Shown here piece after piece: positions 11,215 through 24,195 of a stretch of DNA of 64,000 nt. Below the pieces are notes generated by a model. That model was not told the DNA's origin. It did not search any database and was given only the letters and a program-made list of their open reading frames with translations. This DNA comes from Octopus vulgaris (lineage: Eukaryota), in assembly GCA_951406725.2 (NCBI GenBank), contig OX597815.1:110484001-110548000 (forward strand). Direction: 5' to 3'. Within the stretch, counting starts at the first letter, position 1, and each line of letters begins with the position of its first letter. Made by a program: the position numbers and the translations under genes.

Positions 11215-13139
11215 GAAATTGAACTGCATCCATTATACATGTATGTATATTAATTATTTCTTCTAAATTGGTCCTCCATCTGCAATATATGTCAGTATAT
11301 AGTATTTATTGTTCATGCTCTTTGATAAATAAAGAGTTATCAATATTCCTGTACGAAAGACAATTTTTTACGCTGATTAATGTTTTTTCGAATGTTATTT
11401 TATTGTGTATATTTCATGTGAATATATTATTCTATTGTATATCGTTCGTGTATATTTCGAATAGATAAAGTTTAAGAGTCCTGTTTTTATTTTACAATGC
11501 ATTCATTAGAATAATATATTGCCTTCTGAAATGCTATAAATGCGTTGATGAAAGGCCTGATTGTTGCATCTTCTTTTTGTTCTCCAACCTCAGCACTTTG
11601 AACCAACGTGTACGATTTTGTGGGAGTTCTTTTATTTGACTGATCCCTAGAAGACGAAAAGGTGGGTGGTCCTCATTCATGGTTTTGCGTTTTCAGTTGA
11701 AAATAACGAGCTGTAAGCAAAATAAGCAAATAAATAAAATAAAATCACGTGACTGTCTGTTGTGCGTCTTCCAGAGGTAAAGTCAAACGATTCGTACACG
11801 CTAAAGTGTAGTGGCGAGATTCAAAGGTGTCCATAAGAAATGAAACCAATATTTTTGTCATTCTTTTCTGTGAATTAAAGTTGTGTCACGTCTTTGGCAG
11901 GGATCCAGAAGCAAACTCAAAGTTACAGTCTGAATGTTCTATAATAGTGGTAACTTCCTTATCAGTTTAATCTGAGGTTGTTTCGATCCTCGGTTAGTAC
12001 CATCAACCTTCACCTGCACCTACGCTCCGTGGAATTTTTAGTTCCCATGAAGCGTCAGGAAAACTATTATTATACTTGATTAATATTTTGCTTTGCTTGA
12101 TTTTATGCATTTGGCTTCGGTGATACAAGTACCAGTAATATAGAAAAAGATTTAATTCTATTGGCTACTTCCGTACTCGCATGTGCCAATCAACAACATG
12201 TATTTTTCGGAATTTTTTAAAACAGGTAAAATATTAACGATCAGATATTAAAAAACAGATCAAAAGATGTGTATTAAAATATATACGTTATATACCGTGA
12301 TTTTAGTTTTTTAAGTTTTATTTTATTTTATATTTTTACCTTACACTATATATACTTGTGGGAGATATAATATTTAGAGAATGCGTTACTTTTATAACCG
12401 CCATGTTTATCGCAAAATGGAAACGAAGCGTAGCAAAACAAATCAGAAAGGAGCTCTTATACAGTCTCACTAAATAATTTCACTATATGCACATTCCACA
12501 CACGTGCTCAAATGATACCAGAAATCTTTTTTGGCGTGAGGTTCCAGTTTTCAATGTGTTTGGTTTTGTTAGCATTATTGCTATAACCACATAGTGTATA
12601 AAAGATATGCCATTTGTAAATAAAACCTTTCTCCTACATTTTAATACTGTTTAAGCTAAAGGAAAGAAATACATAATGGGCATTTAAGTTTCATGTATAC
12701 CTGATATATTTCTTAGGCATATTAAAAGCATGTATGAATATATATATGTATGTTTATATATGAATAAAGAGAAGCATGTGGATATATATCGATGTATCCA
12801 TGTATTTTTGTGCGTGTATGTGTGTTGTTTACGTGCTTATGTGTATCTTGTATGTATCTTTTTATACATTATACATTTGATATTAGGGGCAGTCGCTTCT
12901 CAATCATATAGTTTTAGGCTCAGCCCCACTGTCTGAAGTCTTGAACGAGTGTCTTCTATTATATCTCCAGGTCGACCAATGATTTATTAGAGAACTTCGC
13001 ATGCGAAAAATCGTTTTGACAACCCGTTGCATGTGTAAGTGTGTGTATATGTGTGTATGTGTGTGCATGTTTGTGTGTGCGGGTGTGTGTACGTGTGTGT
13101 ATGTATGTATGTATGTATGTATGTATGTATGTATGCATG

Positions 13140-13173
<34 letters not shown>

Positions 13174-13270
13174 TGTATGTATGTATGTATGTATGTATGT
13201 ATGTATGTATGTATGTATGCATGTATGTGTCACCGTTTGACAACTGGGATTGACTTGTTTGTGTCCCGGC

Positions 13271-13953
13271 CAGTGGCGGCTCGTGTATAGGAACTGCAGA
13301 ACTGCAGCACTTCTTATTTCCCCTCTATATTATCGACAACATTCAATATAATGAGTCCTTCATTCTTCAATTCTTTCTTTATATTTGTACATTATATAAT
13401 CCTTAAGCTTAATGTCAGCAGCCATTCCCTAGCTTATAAAAAAAAATCCTTGTATAGAACTGTGTGCTTCACAGTTCCAGCGAAGCGGAGTTTGGCTATT
13501 GTGCGCATGCTCACATGTCGAGGGAGAGAGAGCACCGCGTGAACGACTGTAGCGCTGCGTGAACGACAGTACCGACCCCGGTGAAACGGTGGAAGGTAAT
13601 GTTTCTTTTTGACTCGGCGTGTTTTCTGCTTTAAAACGTTTATATTTTTCAATGTGATAAAGTGTAGAATTAGATTATTATCCTGCCTCCAGCTTCAGTG
13701 TTGCTGCCAGGGTTTGAAAAATAGAGCACATTTCCACCCCTAAGTTTGTGATTTAGGGGGGATTTTTGAAAAACAAGGGGGAATTCGTGGCGGTGTGCAG
13801 TGAACAAATTAAACACACTACCCGGAACTGGCTAAAACACAAACCGATCAACTTTATGTATAAATTTTCTTTTTATATGTTGTTTTCCTTTTATACAATA
13901 TTAAAACAACGGCTAAAAATTTTCTAACTAATTTTATCTACGAGCCGCCTCTA
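13271..13953. mobile_element. hAT-type MITE inserted into an S1 SINE
   Basis: TIRs CAGTGGCGGCTCGT (13271) and ACGAGCCGCCTCTA (ends 13953); perfect 8-bp TSD GTCCCGGC at 13263-13270 and 13954-13961. Confidence 0.9.
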
Positions 13954-16210
13954 GTCCCGGCAAAAATATTTGACCAATAGAAAATGTACTAAATTTTAAA
14001 AAATCAGTATCAGGGCTCTTGGAATTCCTGTTACAGTTTATGCCATAGGCTTCCATATAGTTTCCTTCTACTGAATTTCACTCACAATAAATACAATCGA
14101 TCTGAAGCTAGAAAAACACGTTTTCCTAGGATGCCAAGCAACGAGATTGAATCCAGGACCCACGATTGTGAAACGACCTTTTAATCACCTGGTCATAATG
14201 TCGATGGTTTTGTGTGTGTGTGTGTATGTGTATGTGTGTGTTTGTGCGTGTGTGCGTGTGTGTGTGTCTGTGTGTGTGTGCGTGTATGTATGCATGGACC
14301 TATGTATATAAAGAGAAAGAAATAGAGGGGCGTACGCTTTTATGTTGCTATATACTAAAAAGTCCTGTTGCGACAGATCCTTTAAGTCGCTTGGGAGATA
14401 GAAGGGTGGAGCGTCTAACTTAAGAGTTTATAAATTTCTATTTTCCATGTATAATAGAATTATGCTTATATGCTTCCGCGCACACATGCACACACATACA
14501 CTTGTATGTGTGTATGTATGTACACACACACAAACACGCACACACACAAATATACACATACATATATCTGTGTATATATATGTATGGGTGTGTGTGTTTG
14601 TTTATATGTTTGTATTATGTATACAAGTATATGCTTTTTTGGTAATTGCATGTGTGTGTATGTGTGTATGTGTGTATGTGTGTGTGTGTGTATGTCTATG
14701 TATAGATTTAAATTTATGGATGGACAGACAGGTGACATCAGAAGGATTGACGTATAGATGCATTTGACTATTCACTCACTATATACTTACTTTCACTACA
14801 CTTATTAGACCGTTCACAATCATAAAATCCTATCACTCAGTGTTTGTAAAAATATTCTATTTCACGCTCGAAGAATTCGTGATTCTTCTTGATTTCTTTT
14901 TTACTTTTTATTCTATTCTATTTATTTAATTTCCTTTCTTTCTTTCTTCATAACATTATTTATTTATTCATCTTCTTTGCTTTTCTCTAAGGAACAATCC
15001 ATGCTTGGGTGAATATATTTATCTAATCTCGTTTTCTATCCTTATTTTACGCTACTAATAGTCACTGTTTCAATTTATTACGCCTTAGAAGACTAACAAT
15101 ACTTAAGTAAAAAGGAAACACAAGAATGAAAATTGCACCTCAGAAAATGTGCCTCTTCTGGCTCTTCTAATATCTGTTGATAGTGTTATTGTTATTTCTT
15201 AAGTTACTGATGTTTTTTAGTTTTTAGACTTCACCCCAGATATGGCCCAGTGAAGCAAACCTAATAATCAAAGGCGCTTCAGCCATAAGCATCCTGCCCC
15301 TTATTTTCATTTAGTCATGTATTATTTGCGACTGTATTAGACATTTATGGGTTGTTTATTTTTTAAAGACCATAGTATGGGGGTTCCAACGGGTTATTTT
15401 TCTTGTGGGTCGAAAGAACTCTAAAAGGGTCCCACGCTGACTTATCATTGCTGTTGCTGCAGCTGCTGTTGTTGTTGTTACAAGGATCTCTGTAATTAAT
15501 AGTGAATATTAATTTGAAAATTTGTCACACGGACAGCAATTTTACGGGAGCAAATAAGTCGATTGTATCGACCCCAGTGCTCAACCTATACTTATTTTAT
15601 CAGCGCCAAAATAAAAAAAAAGGAAAGTCAACCTTGGCGGAATTTGAACTCAGGATACCGTTAAGTAATTTGTCCAGCATGCTAACGCTTCTGCCAACTC
15701 TCCGTCTTAATGCTTAGTGAATATTACCAATTATACTTAGACTGACGTCGCTGAAATACTTGTTTAAACCTCATGTCGATTATTGTGGCCAGCTTTACAG
15801 TAAATGTGTTAGAGCATTTCGTTTTGTGTCTCTTGTTCTTCGGTTCAAATCTTACACTGACTTTGTTTTTCATGCCCTCTTCGGTTATTAAATAAGTACG
15901 AATAATATTCTGGTGGCGATAATATTGTATCTTGTTCCAAAGGTCAATGTATCTAGATGAAATAAATCATCATTGTGTATATTAGTGTTGCTGTTTAGTT
16001 CTAAGGTGAATCTGTAGAAAGCCGACCTATCATCAAAAGTCATCGTCATCATTGGCACTTGGCAACTGTGGTTCAAAGTCACCATCCTCCTTCATACATT
16101 ATAACTTTCATAATCACTTGAGTCCCATAGTCAAATGACTAGTCATGGTCATCTAAGACCATTCCAGTCATGCTTATCTGAAATGAGAGGGAGAGAGAGA
16201 GAGAGAGTGA

Positions 16211-16289
<79 letters not shown>

Positions 16290-17597
16290 AAAAGCATTTT
16301 CCACCCCAGGACTTGGCAGGTAGCATATTTATATCGTCTACGAAAAGATAAAGTTGAGCGCAGCAGGATTTGAACTCAGAGATTCCAAAAGACTTTTTAT
16401 GCAGTGTTCTAACATCTCAGCTAAATCTTGACCTTAGAGAAAATGGTTTGAGAAAAGTTAGAAAGAGGAGGAGCAGGTTTTTTAAGTGAATGGTACTCAT
16501 TAAGAATGGTTGGTTAATATTCTGTGCTATGCTGTATCAGTGATCAAGACAATATTTACCTTATATTGACTGAGTTCACCCAGTGTTAGACATTAGTTTA
16601 ACTCCCGAGCCTACACTAAGCAAAATTATGATCAAAAGTGCTTTACTTATTGCCATTCATATCCTTCTTTAAGGAATTGCATCTCTAGGACTACATTAAC
16701 CATTCATTCATTATCAAGAGAATACTTGAGGAAAATTTTGCGTTATAACTTCTGGAACTTTCCTGATAAGCACTGTATTCGTCAAATAATTTTTGCGGCA
16801 TAATTTTGCATTAGCCACTCTCCAGTTGATTAGTATTGTTCAGTGCCATATCAGTTCTGCAAGTGCTAACCTATGATTAAAATATGTTCAAGCCGCATCC
16901 TTCTGTTTTATTTAAAGAAAAATGCATCATGCAATCTGGCCCTCTATTTTCAAAAACTCTGAGGCGTGTGATGTAATTTTAATATGGCGTTCGACACGAT
17001 AGGAGGTCCGAAGGTGGTATGATGGATTCTCCGGTCGATTTCCCTGTATGCATCTCCATTTGTTCGATCAACAAGACAACCTGGTCATTGATGTAGTGTA
17101 CAAAGTAACTGAGTACTCCATGAAAACGTGTGCTCTTAATCTAATTGTAAGATAGAATCAACGTTTCATAGGGTGTGACTAAATTGACCTTTGAATTATT
17201 GATGAAGACCATTTGATAAGCTTCAACACAGTTTTTGTTTACTCAAATTCATTCAAAAGGCTTGGGTTGACAGGTGACTATGGTGAATGAACTTGTGCAA
17301 TATACCGCGCTAGAGGGTTGAGACTAGGTCTTCATTGTTGCAAATCGGACATTTTAACTACTCAGATATGCTTGCATTTACAACTCGTGGATAATTAATC
17401 CCATGAAAAGCAAATAAGTTCAACGAACAACATCTGGAACTTTCCTGGCAGGCATTGTATTCGTCAAAGAATTTATGCGGCATAACTTAAAAAGCTACCC
17501 CATTGTTTTACTTCAGATGTTTTCTAAAAGAAAACTTGTCAGTTATAATTTATTTTGAGAGAGAAGAACGTTATATATATGTATATATATATACATG

Positions 17598-18084
17598 TAT
17601 CACCGTGATCGACCAGGCTATCAGATGTTGCTACACATCGCTGGTCACAATGTGCTTCGTATTGTTTTATCCTTCAAATGACGCCACCCCGCTGACTACA
17701 GAATACAGCAAGGATCGCCACCACTCCTGCCGGAAGCTCGTGGAGCTTTAGGTGTTTTCGCTCAATAAACACTCACAACGCCCGGTCTGGGAATCGAAAG
17801 CGCGATTCTACAACCACGAATCCGTTGTAGAATCGCGCTTTCGATTCCCAGACCGGGTGTTGTGAGTGTTTATTGAGCGAGAATACCTAAAGCTCCACGA
17901 GCCTCCGGCAGGGGTGTTGGCGGATCTTGCTGTATTCTTTTGCTACAACTTTCTCTCACTCTTTCTTCTGTTGGCCCGCTCGCTTAGTCAGCGGGGTGGC
18001 GTCATTTGAAGGCTAAAACAATACGAAGCACATTGTGACCAGCGATGTGTAGCAACATCTGATAGCCTGGTCGATCACGGTGAT

Positions 18085-18085
<1 letters not shown>
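17598..18085. mobile_element. Two 5'-truncated S3 SINE copies fused head-to-head (foldback)
   Basis: Minus copy 17598-~17823 and plus copy 17824-18085; the centre is gcgattctacaac-cacgaatcc-gttgtagaatcgc. Confidence 0.9.
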
Positions 18086-18129
<44 letters not shown>

Positions 18130-19412
18130 CGAGGGGCGTTCAATAAGTAATGCCCCTGACCCACTTCCCATAGCAGTAGAGCAACGAAACTTGGCACAGT
18201 TATTAGTCTTTTTCTACATAGGAACCACCCAGAGTTACGCATTTCTCCCATCGTTTGATGCGGCTCTGGAGACCGTTTTTATAGAAGAACCCAGCTTGGT
18301 CCTCCAACCTCAACGTGACTTCAGAAATCAAGGCTGCATCATCTGGGAAACGCTTTCCTTTCAAAAACAACTTCATGATTGGGAAGAGGTGAAAATCAGA
18401 GGGTGCAAGGTCAGGAAAGTAGGGGGGATGGGGAGGAGTTCATAGCCATACGCCTGTGCTTCTGATCTGGCGACAAGCGAGTTGTAGACCGGAGCGTTGT
18501 CCTGCAGGAGGAGGATGCCTTTGCTGATCTTGCCCCGCCTCTTGATTTTGATAACTTCTCTTAATTTCCTCAAAAGTGAAGCATAATAGGCTCCTGCAAT
18601 TGTGGTACCCTTTGCCAGGAAATCTGTCATCACTACTCCGTCCTGGTCCCAGAAGACTGTGAGCATGACCTTGCCAGCGGAGGGCTGCACCCTTGCCTTC
18701 TTTGGAGGGGGTGAGTCACGGTGCTTCCACTGCATTGACTGGGCTTTGGTCTCTGGATCATCGTGATGGACCCAGGTTTCATCCTGTGTAATCAGTCTTT
18801 TGAAAAATTTTGACTTATCTTCTTGGCACATCTCCAAATTCACCCTCGAGCACTCGACGCGTTCTTGCTTCTGGAAAGGCGTGAGCAACCTGGGAATCCA
18901 TCTGGCAGACACCTTTTGCATATGCAAATGGTCATGAATGATAGTTTCCACATACCCGGTACTAATCTTGACCTCATGGGCTATTTGGCGAATAATTATG
19001 CGTCGATCTTCCAAAATGGCAGCCTCAACTTGACGGACAGATGCCTCATCAATGGCAGAAGGGGGCGACCAGATCTGGGAGCTGTTTCCACAGAGTTCCG
19101 ACCATGTTTGAATTCACGATGCCAGCGTTTTACAAGGTCATATGATGGGGCATCATCACCATAAGTTACTTTCATTTCATCAAAAGTCTCCCGTGGTGTG
19201 CGTCCTTTCAAATACAAAAACCGGATCACTGCTCGACACTCAACAGGCTCCATTTCACACTTGACTCGGTTCAAACACCTGTAAACCACAATTAATTCAG
19301 AGCTGTAATTTGCCACTTACTCTATAGAGATATAAATGATTGCACATGCAAAATTTCAGCTAGATCAAACAACTGCAAGTGGGTCAGAGGCATTACTTAT
19401 TGAACGTCCCTC

Positions 19413-19413
<1 letters not shown>
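18130..19413 (-). mobile_element. Full-length mariner (DD34D) element, 1284 bp, in (TA)n
   Basis: TIRs cgaggggcgttcaataagtaatgcccctgacccactt / aagtgggtcagaggcattacttattgaacgtccctcg, flanked by TA. Confidence 0.95.
18203..19253 (-). pseudogene. Mariner transposase, two frameshifts
   Basis: MEPVECRAVIRFLYLKG..WIPRLLT..TQDETWVHH..QDNAP..(PP)YFPDLAPSDFHLF..YVEKD*, split over ORFs 18996-19316, 18373-19014 and a third frame segment. Confidence 0.92.
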
Positions 19414-19452
<39 letters not shown>

Positions 19453-19458
<6 letters not shown>

Positions 19459-20129
19459 GAAATATTAAAATTACTAAGTCTCTCTAAAAGAGAACAACGG
19501 CAGCGTTCCCGGAAAATAATAGTTATCGCCATACTAATATGGCATTCTTATAAAAATAAGAATAAAGCTGTCCGCTTATTAGCTCCATGAGGCCATCGCC
19601 TTAAGTTAGCTATTCGATACACAAACTGTATCCATATAACCTTCGAACAAGGGAGGTCAGTCACTCCACACTACTTGACCGGCAGCTGCAGACGCGTTTC
19701 GGGGTATTGCCCCTTTTCAATGCAGCGTAGCCAGACCAGTAGGTGTCGCTTCTGGCAATCTCTGTTCGAAGGTTTTATTTACCTAGCTTCGGTGGAATAT
19801 ATCCACTTGTTTTCAATAATAGAAATATTAAAATTACTAAGTCTCTCTAAAAGAGAACAACGGCAGCGTTCCCGGAAAATAATAGTTATCGCCATACTAA
19901 TATGGCATTCTTATAAAATAAGAATAAAGCTGTCCGCTTATTAGCTCCATGAGGCCATCGCCTTAAGTTAGCTATTCGATACACAAACTGTATCCATATA
20001 ACCTTCGAAGGTTATATGGATACAGTTTGTGTATCGAATAGCTAACTTAAGGCGATGGCCTCATGGAGCTAATAAGCGGACAGCTTTATTCTTATTTTTA
20101 TAAGAATGCCATATTAGTATGGCGATAAC

Positions 20130-20134
<5 letters not shown>
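19453..20134. mobile_element. Retrozyme-like element B: ~363-bp tandem unit (1.5 copies) plus a 128-bp inverted arm, in (TA)n
   Basis: Unit restarts at 19816. A perfect foldback is centred at 20006/20007 (aaccttc|gaaggtt). Non-coding; contains an HHR. Confidence 0.85.
19685..19726 (-). ncRNA. Type-I hammerhead ribozyme, U3-A8 core variant
   Basis: gctgca-TTGAAAA-gggg caata cccc-GAAA-cgcg-TC-tgcagc. All three stems are perfect, the cleavage triplet is GUC and stem III is palindromic (ACGCGT). Confidence 0.85.
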
Positions 20135-20179
<45 letters not shown>

Positions 20180-20689
20180 GACGTACTTCTTTTAGTTTCC
20201 GTCTAACAAATCCACACACGAGGCATTGGTCGACCCAGGGCTATAGTAAAGACACTTGTCCATAGTGCTGCCCAAGACCACATGGTTGGGAATCAAGCTC
20301 TTTAAAATTACACCCAACCCTACGCTCATATTGTTCTTAATTGTTTTTTTCTCTTTAAATAAATGAGTCCATTACTAATTGCTATACAGAAATTTAACTT
20401 CGTCCTTCCGAATTCGAACTTCGAATCCCGTTGAGATTTACCTCCCTCTTTTATCGTTCTAGGGATTAGGGGTCAATAAGATGAATAATGCCCAAGGATC
20501 TAGGGGTCGATTCACCAATTATTTCTATTTACATGGTTATCAGTTTGTTGTGATTTTCTTTGATCTTTATAACCTTTATAGATTTCTCTCTTCTTTACAT
20601 GTCAGTTGTCAAAGAAAGGTGATGGAACCGATTACATTGTGACAGGGACGATATCCGTTCCCACCCACTATAGAAAGAGAAAGAGAGAA

Positions 20690-20744
<55 letters not shown>

Positions 20745-21208
20745 AGAGAAAAGAAGAGAGAAAGACAAAGGTGAGATAAAAGCCACGACGAACCCTGTGG
20801 GATTTGAACTCGGGACACAGAAGGGCGTGACTGCGTAACTAGTCGCGTTTTGTAGTTTCAGCAGATTTTAACCGCTGTTATATTCATAGATAATCAATAT
20901 ATTTTATAGGTATGTATGTCTGTGTGTGAGAGTGTGTGTTTGCATGTGCGTGTATAAATATATATATATATATATATATACGCATGTGTGTGTGTGTTTG
21001 CCTGTGTGTGAGTGTGTGTGTGTTTGTTTTTTTAAAACAATAGTAGTTTATATTCTAATGGTATCATAATGAGGCAATAAGGAAGCATCTAAGCAGTTGC
21101 TTACTCTGCTAGAAATAACAAGCAAATTCATTTTGTACCCCAGCATTTAAAAAAAAACTAACAGCGTTTCGTTGTCTACATGTGTGTATGTGTGTGTGTC
21201 TGTTTATA

Positions 21209-21300
<92 letters not shown>

Positions 21301-21320
21301 CATACATATATATATATATA

Positions 21321-21455
21321 TACAGGGTTCGTCGTGGCTTTTTATCTCACCTTTGTCTTTCTCTCTTCTTTTCGCTCTCTCTCTCTCTCTCTTTCTCTTT
21401 CTATAGTGGGTGGGAACGGATATCGTCCCTGTCACAATGTAATCGGTTCCATCAC
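21321..21455. repeat. Inverted copy of 20619-20798 joined to the PLE 5' end
   Basis: cagggttcgtcgtggc..cggttccatcac is the reverse complement of gtgatggaaccg..gccacgacgaaccctg, differing mainly in (GA)n length. Confidence 0.9.
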
Positions 21456-22149
21456 GCTATGAATACTAGTAAAAATATTTGGTTAATAATTCCTTACGGG
21501 AGACAAATTAAATCTAATCTCCCACTGCTGTTTCGTCAAGCTATTGCTAGGAATTTTCCAAATTAATTCACATAAGGTTAGGATAGGTTTTTCAAACACA
21601 AAAAATCTCTTGCAAATTATATCTTCTCATAATAACAAACTGTTAAATATTAATACATTTACTAATACTAACATTAATTTAGCTAATACCATCCAACCAT
21701 CTAGAAATATTAATAACAAGGTTATTGTATCTGAAGTCAATCCCAATAGAATTAAATTTATGTCAAGTAACTCTAAGATTAAAAATTCTATATACCAGTG
21801 TATAATCAGTACTCGTAATAAAGTACGATTTTACATTGGAAGCACATCGTTAGAGTTATCTAAAAGAATTTCTATCCATTACTCAACATTTAGGGATAGA
21901 AATAAACGGAATAGTACCGGTTTCAGCAAACTGATTTGGGATTTAAAAGACCACAATCAACAATTTCATTTAGAATGGTTGATCCTCTCAATTTCTATAC
22001 CATATGACAAAGGCAAGAAATTCTGTCTTCTCTGCAATTCTGAGCTATTTTTCATTATTTTTTCTAAAAATACTCTAGTAAACACGGTTATAGAACGAGT
22101 ATACAGATGTAAGCATTGGCAGAAACATACTTTTAGTGCATATAAGTAG
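21456..22149 (+). pseudogene. PLE linker + GIY-YIG endonuclease fragment (one frameshift near 21560)
   Basis: NIWLIIPYG..NFP / KVRIGFS..IISSHNNKLL..SIYQC..FYIGST..KRISIH..FSKLIWDLK..LEWLIL..CLLCNSE..VN..CKH. Confidence 0.85.
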
Positions 22150-22349
22150 TCTCTATCATTATATATAGTTTAGACTTTAATTTCCTTTATATTTAACATT
22201 CACTATTAATATCCCTACTCTTTCTGTTAGCTACTTATGACGTTATATCATATAACGTTTTTTTAAACAATATTAATAGCGTTCTGTCTATCGCTATACG
22301 AATCCATCATTTTTTGCTAAAATGTCGTATTGACGAGTTTCGTTTTTTC

Positions 22350-22435
22350 ACTTTCCCGAAGAGAAGATTGCATTGTTTATACCTTTTATTCTTTTGAATA
22401 GTATCAGTGGAATTTTCGAAACATATGTAGAAAGT
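22350..22435 (+). ncRNA. Type-I hammerhead ribozyme in PLE 3' region (U4C core)
   Basis: actttc-CCGAAGA-gaagatt..(atac/gtat, tattc/gaata)..aattttc-GAAA-catatg-TA-gaaagt. Predicted cleavage after 22429; palindromic stem III ACATATGT. Confidence 0.85.
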
Positions 22436-22654
22436 AAAAATACTTGTTTAAACCTGCGTTAACTCCATTTTTTATTCATATTATTCAAAATATTCAACGT
22501 AAACACGAAGTTTCAACCTTTATAAACAAGGAGTTACAACATCTTTACTTGTGAGATTTTTGCTGCCCTGGTAACTATTCATTTATTTATCCGTGTTAAT
22601 TGTTAACAAGGTAAAATACACTCATCTATTTATATATATATATATATATATCTT

Positions 22655-22895
22655 TACTTTTTTACTTGTCTCAGTCATTTAACTGCGGCCGTGCTGGAGC
22701 ACCACCTTGAAGGGTTGTAGTCAAACAAATCGACTCTGGTACTTATTTCTGAAGCCTAGTATTTATTCTATTGGTTCTTTTGCCGAACAGCTGTTTCGAG
22801 GATGTAAACACGCCAACACCGGTTGTCGGTTGTCAAATGAGTGATGTGCGGGACAAACATAGACTCAAAGACACACAAACACACACACGCATGCA

Positions 22896-22933
<38 letters not shown>

Positions 22934-23090
22934 CGCACACGCACACACATACGACGGGCTCATTTCAGTTTACGTCTACCAAATCTATTCTCAAAGCGTT
23001 GGTCGGTGCGGAGCTATAGTAGAAGACACTTGTCCAAGTTGCCAATCAGTTAGTGAGTGGGATTGAACCCTGAACCACATAGTTGGGAAG
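22655..23090 (-). mobile_element. SINE family S1 copy with internal (CA)n
   Basis: tacttgtctcagtcatttaactgcggccgtgctggagcacc..agaagacacttgtccaag..gggattgaaccc. Confidence 0.75.
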
Positions 23091-23224
23091 AATATATATA
23101 TGTATATTAACGCATATCTATCGTCTTCTCTCATTCCCTCTTTAACATTTTCTTTATGTATGTATGTATGCATGTATGTATGTATGTATGTATCTATCTA
23201 TCTATCTATCTATCTATCCATCTG

Positions 23225-23294
<70 letters not shown>

Positions 23295-24053
23295 CATCTA
23301 TCTGTTTGTTTGTTTGTCTGTCTGGCGGTTTATTATCTATCTTATCGAAAGCAATAAACCAATGAGGCATAGTAGATCACCATGAACGCAATCATGCGTG
23401 TGTCGCTTGATAGAAACATTTTGCAATGCGTTAGGATGGTTATTGATTGAAGCGTAAGGTGACGTGTTGAAGCCGACAGGTGTAGTACGGATCGAAGGGT
23501 AATAGGACTAGGAGAACTAAGGTGTGATGTAAAAATATATAAATAAATAAATAAAGTTTACAGGTGAAGCAGGTTGTTTATAATAATATATCAATATTAA
23601 TTTAAGACCAAATACAATAAAAGACTTTGGACTTTCATGACACAATGTCGACAGCGTACCGACATCACTGTAACAACTACTATCATTACTACTAACAACA
23701 ACGAGTAGTAGTAGTAGTAGTAGTAGTAGTAGCAGTAGTAGTAGTGGCCATTTTAGCTATGTTGTATGTCTGTCAAATATATTTTACGCATTTGTTGTAC
23801 ATTCATGTATGCGTATACCTTATATCACCGTGTGTGTGTGAGTGTGCGTGTGTGCATACGTACATGTATAGCTTCATGTTTATGCACCTATAGTTATACA
23901 CTCACATATTCATTTATACAAGCACACACAAACACAAACACAAACATATATATATATATATTGGGAGAGTTTACGTAAAAAAACAAAGGACGAAGACAGG
24001 TGGTGTACAAAACAAACAGATGTATTAGTATAACGCTCAGGAATAGAAAAAGT

Positions 24054-24089
24054 CTTTTACGTTTCGAGCCTACGCTCTTCTACAGAAAG
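24054..24089 (-). ncRNA. Minimal hammerhead-like motif with atypical core (PLE terminal-repeat remnant ~23960-24160)
   Basis: cttt-CTGTAGAA-gag cgtagg ctc-GAAA-cg-TA-aaag. Decayed relatives occur at ~30582-30620 (+) and ~43175-43205 (+). Confidence 0.5.
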
Positions 24090-24154
24090 GGACACAAAAA
24101 AAAACAAGGAGAGAAACAAGGAGAAAAAAAGATGTGCGTAGTGGCTAACGATCT

Positions 24155-24195
<41 letters not shown>

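Larger units (their letters stand above)
21456..22630 (+). mobile_element. 5'-truncated Penelope-like retroelement (possibly Naiad-type)
   Basis: Linker plus GIY-YIG endonuclease remnant, then a 3' region with an HHR, ending at (TA)n. Confidence 0.85.
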
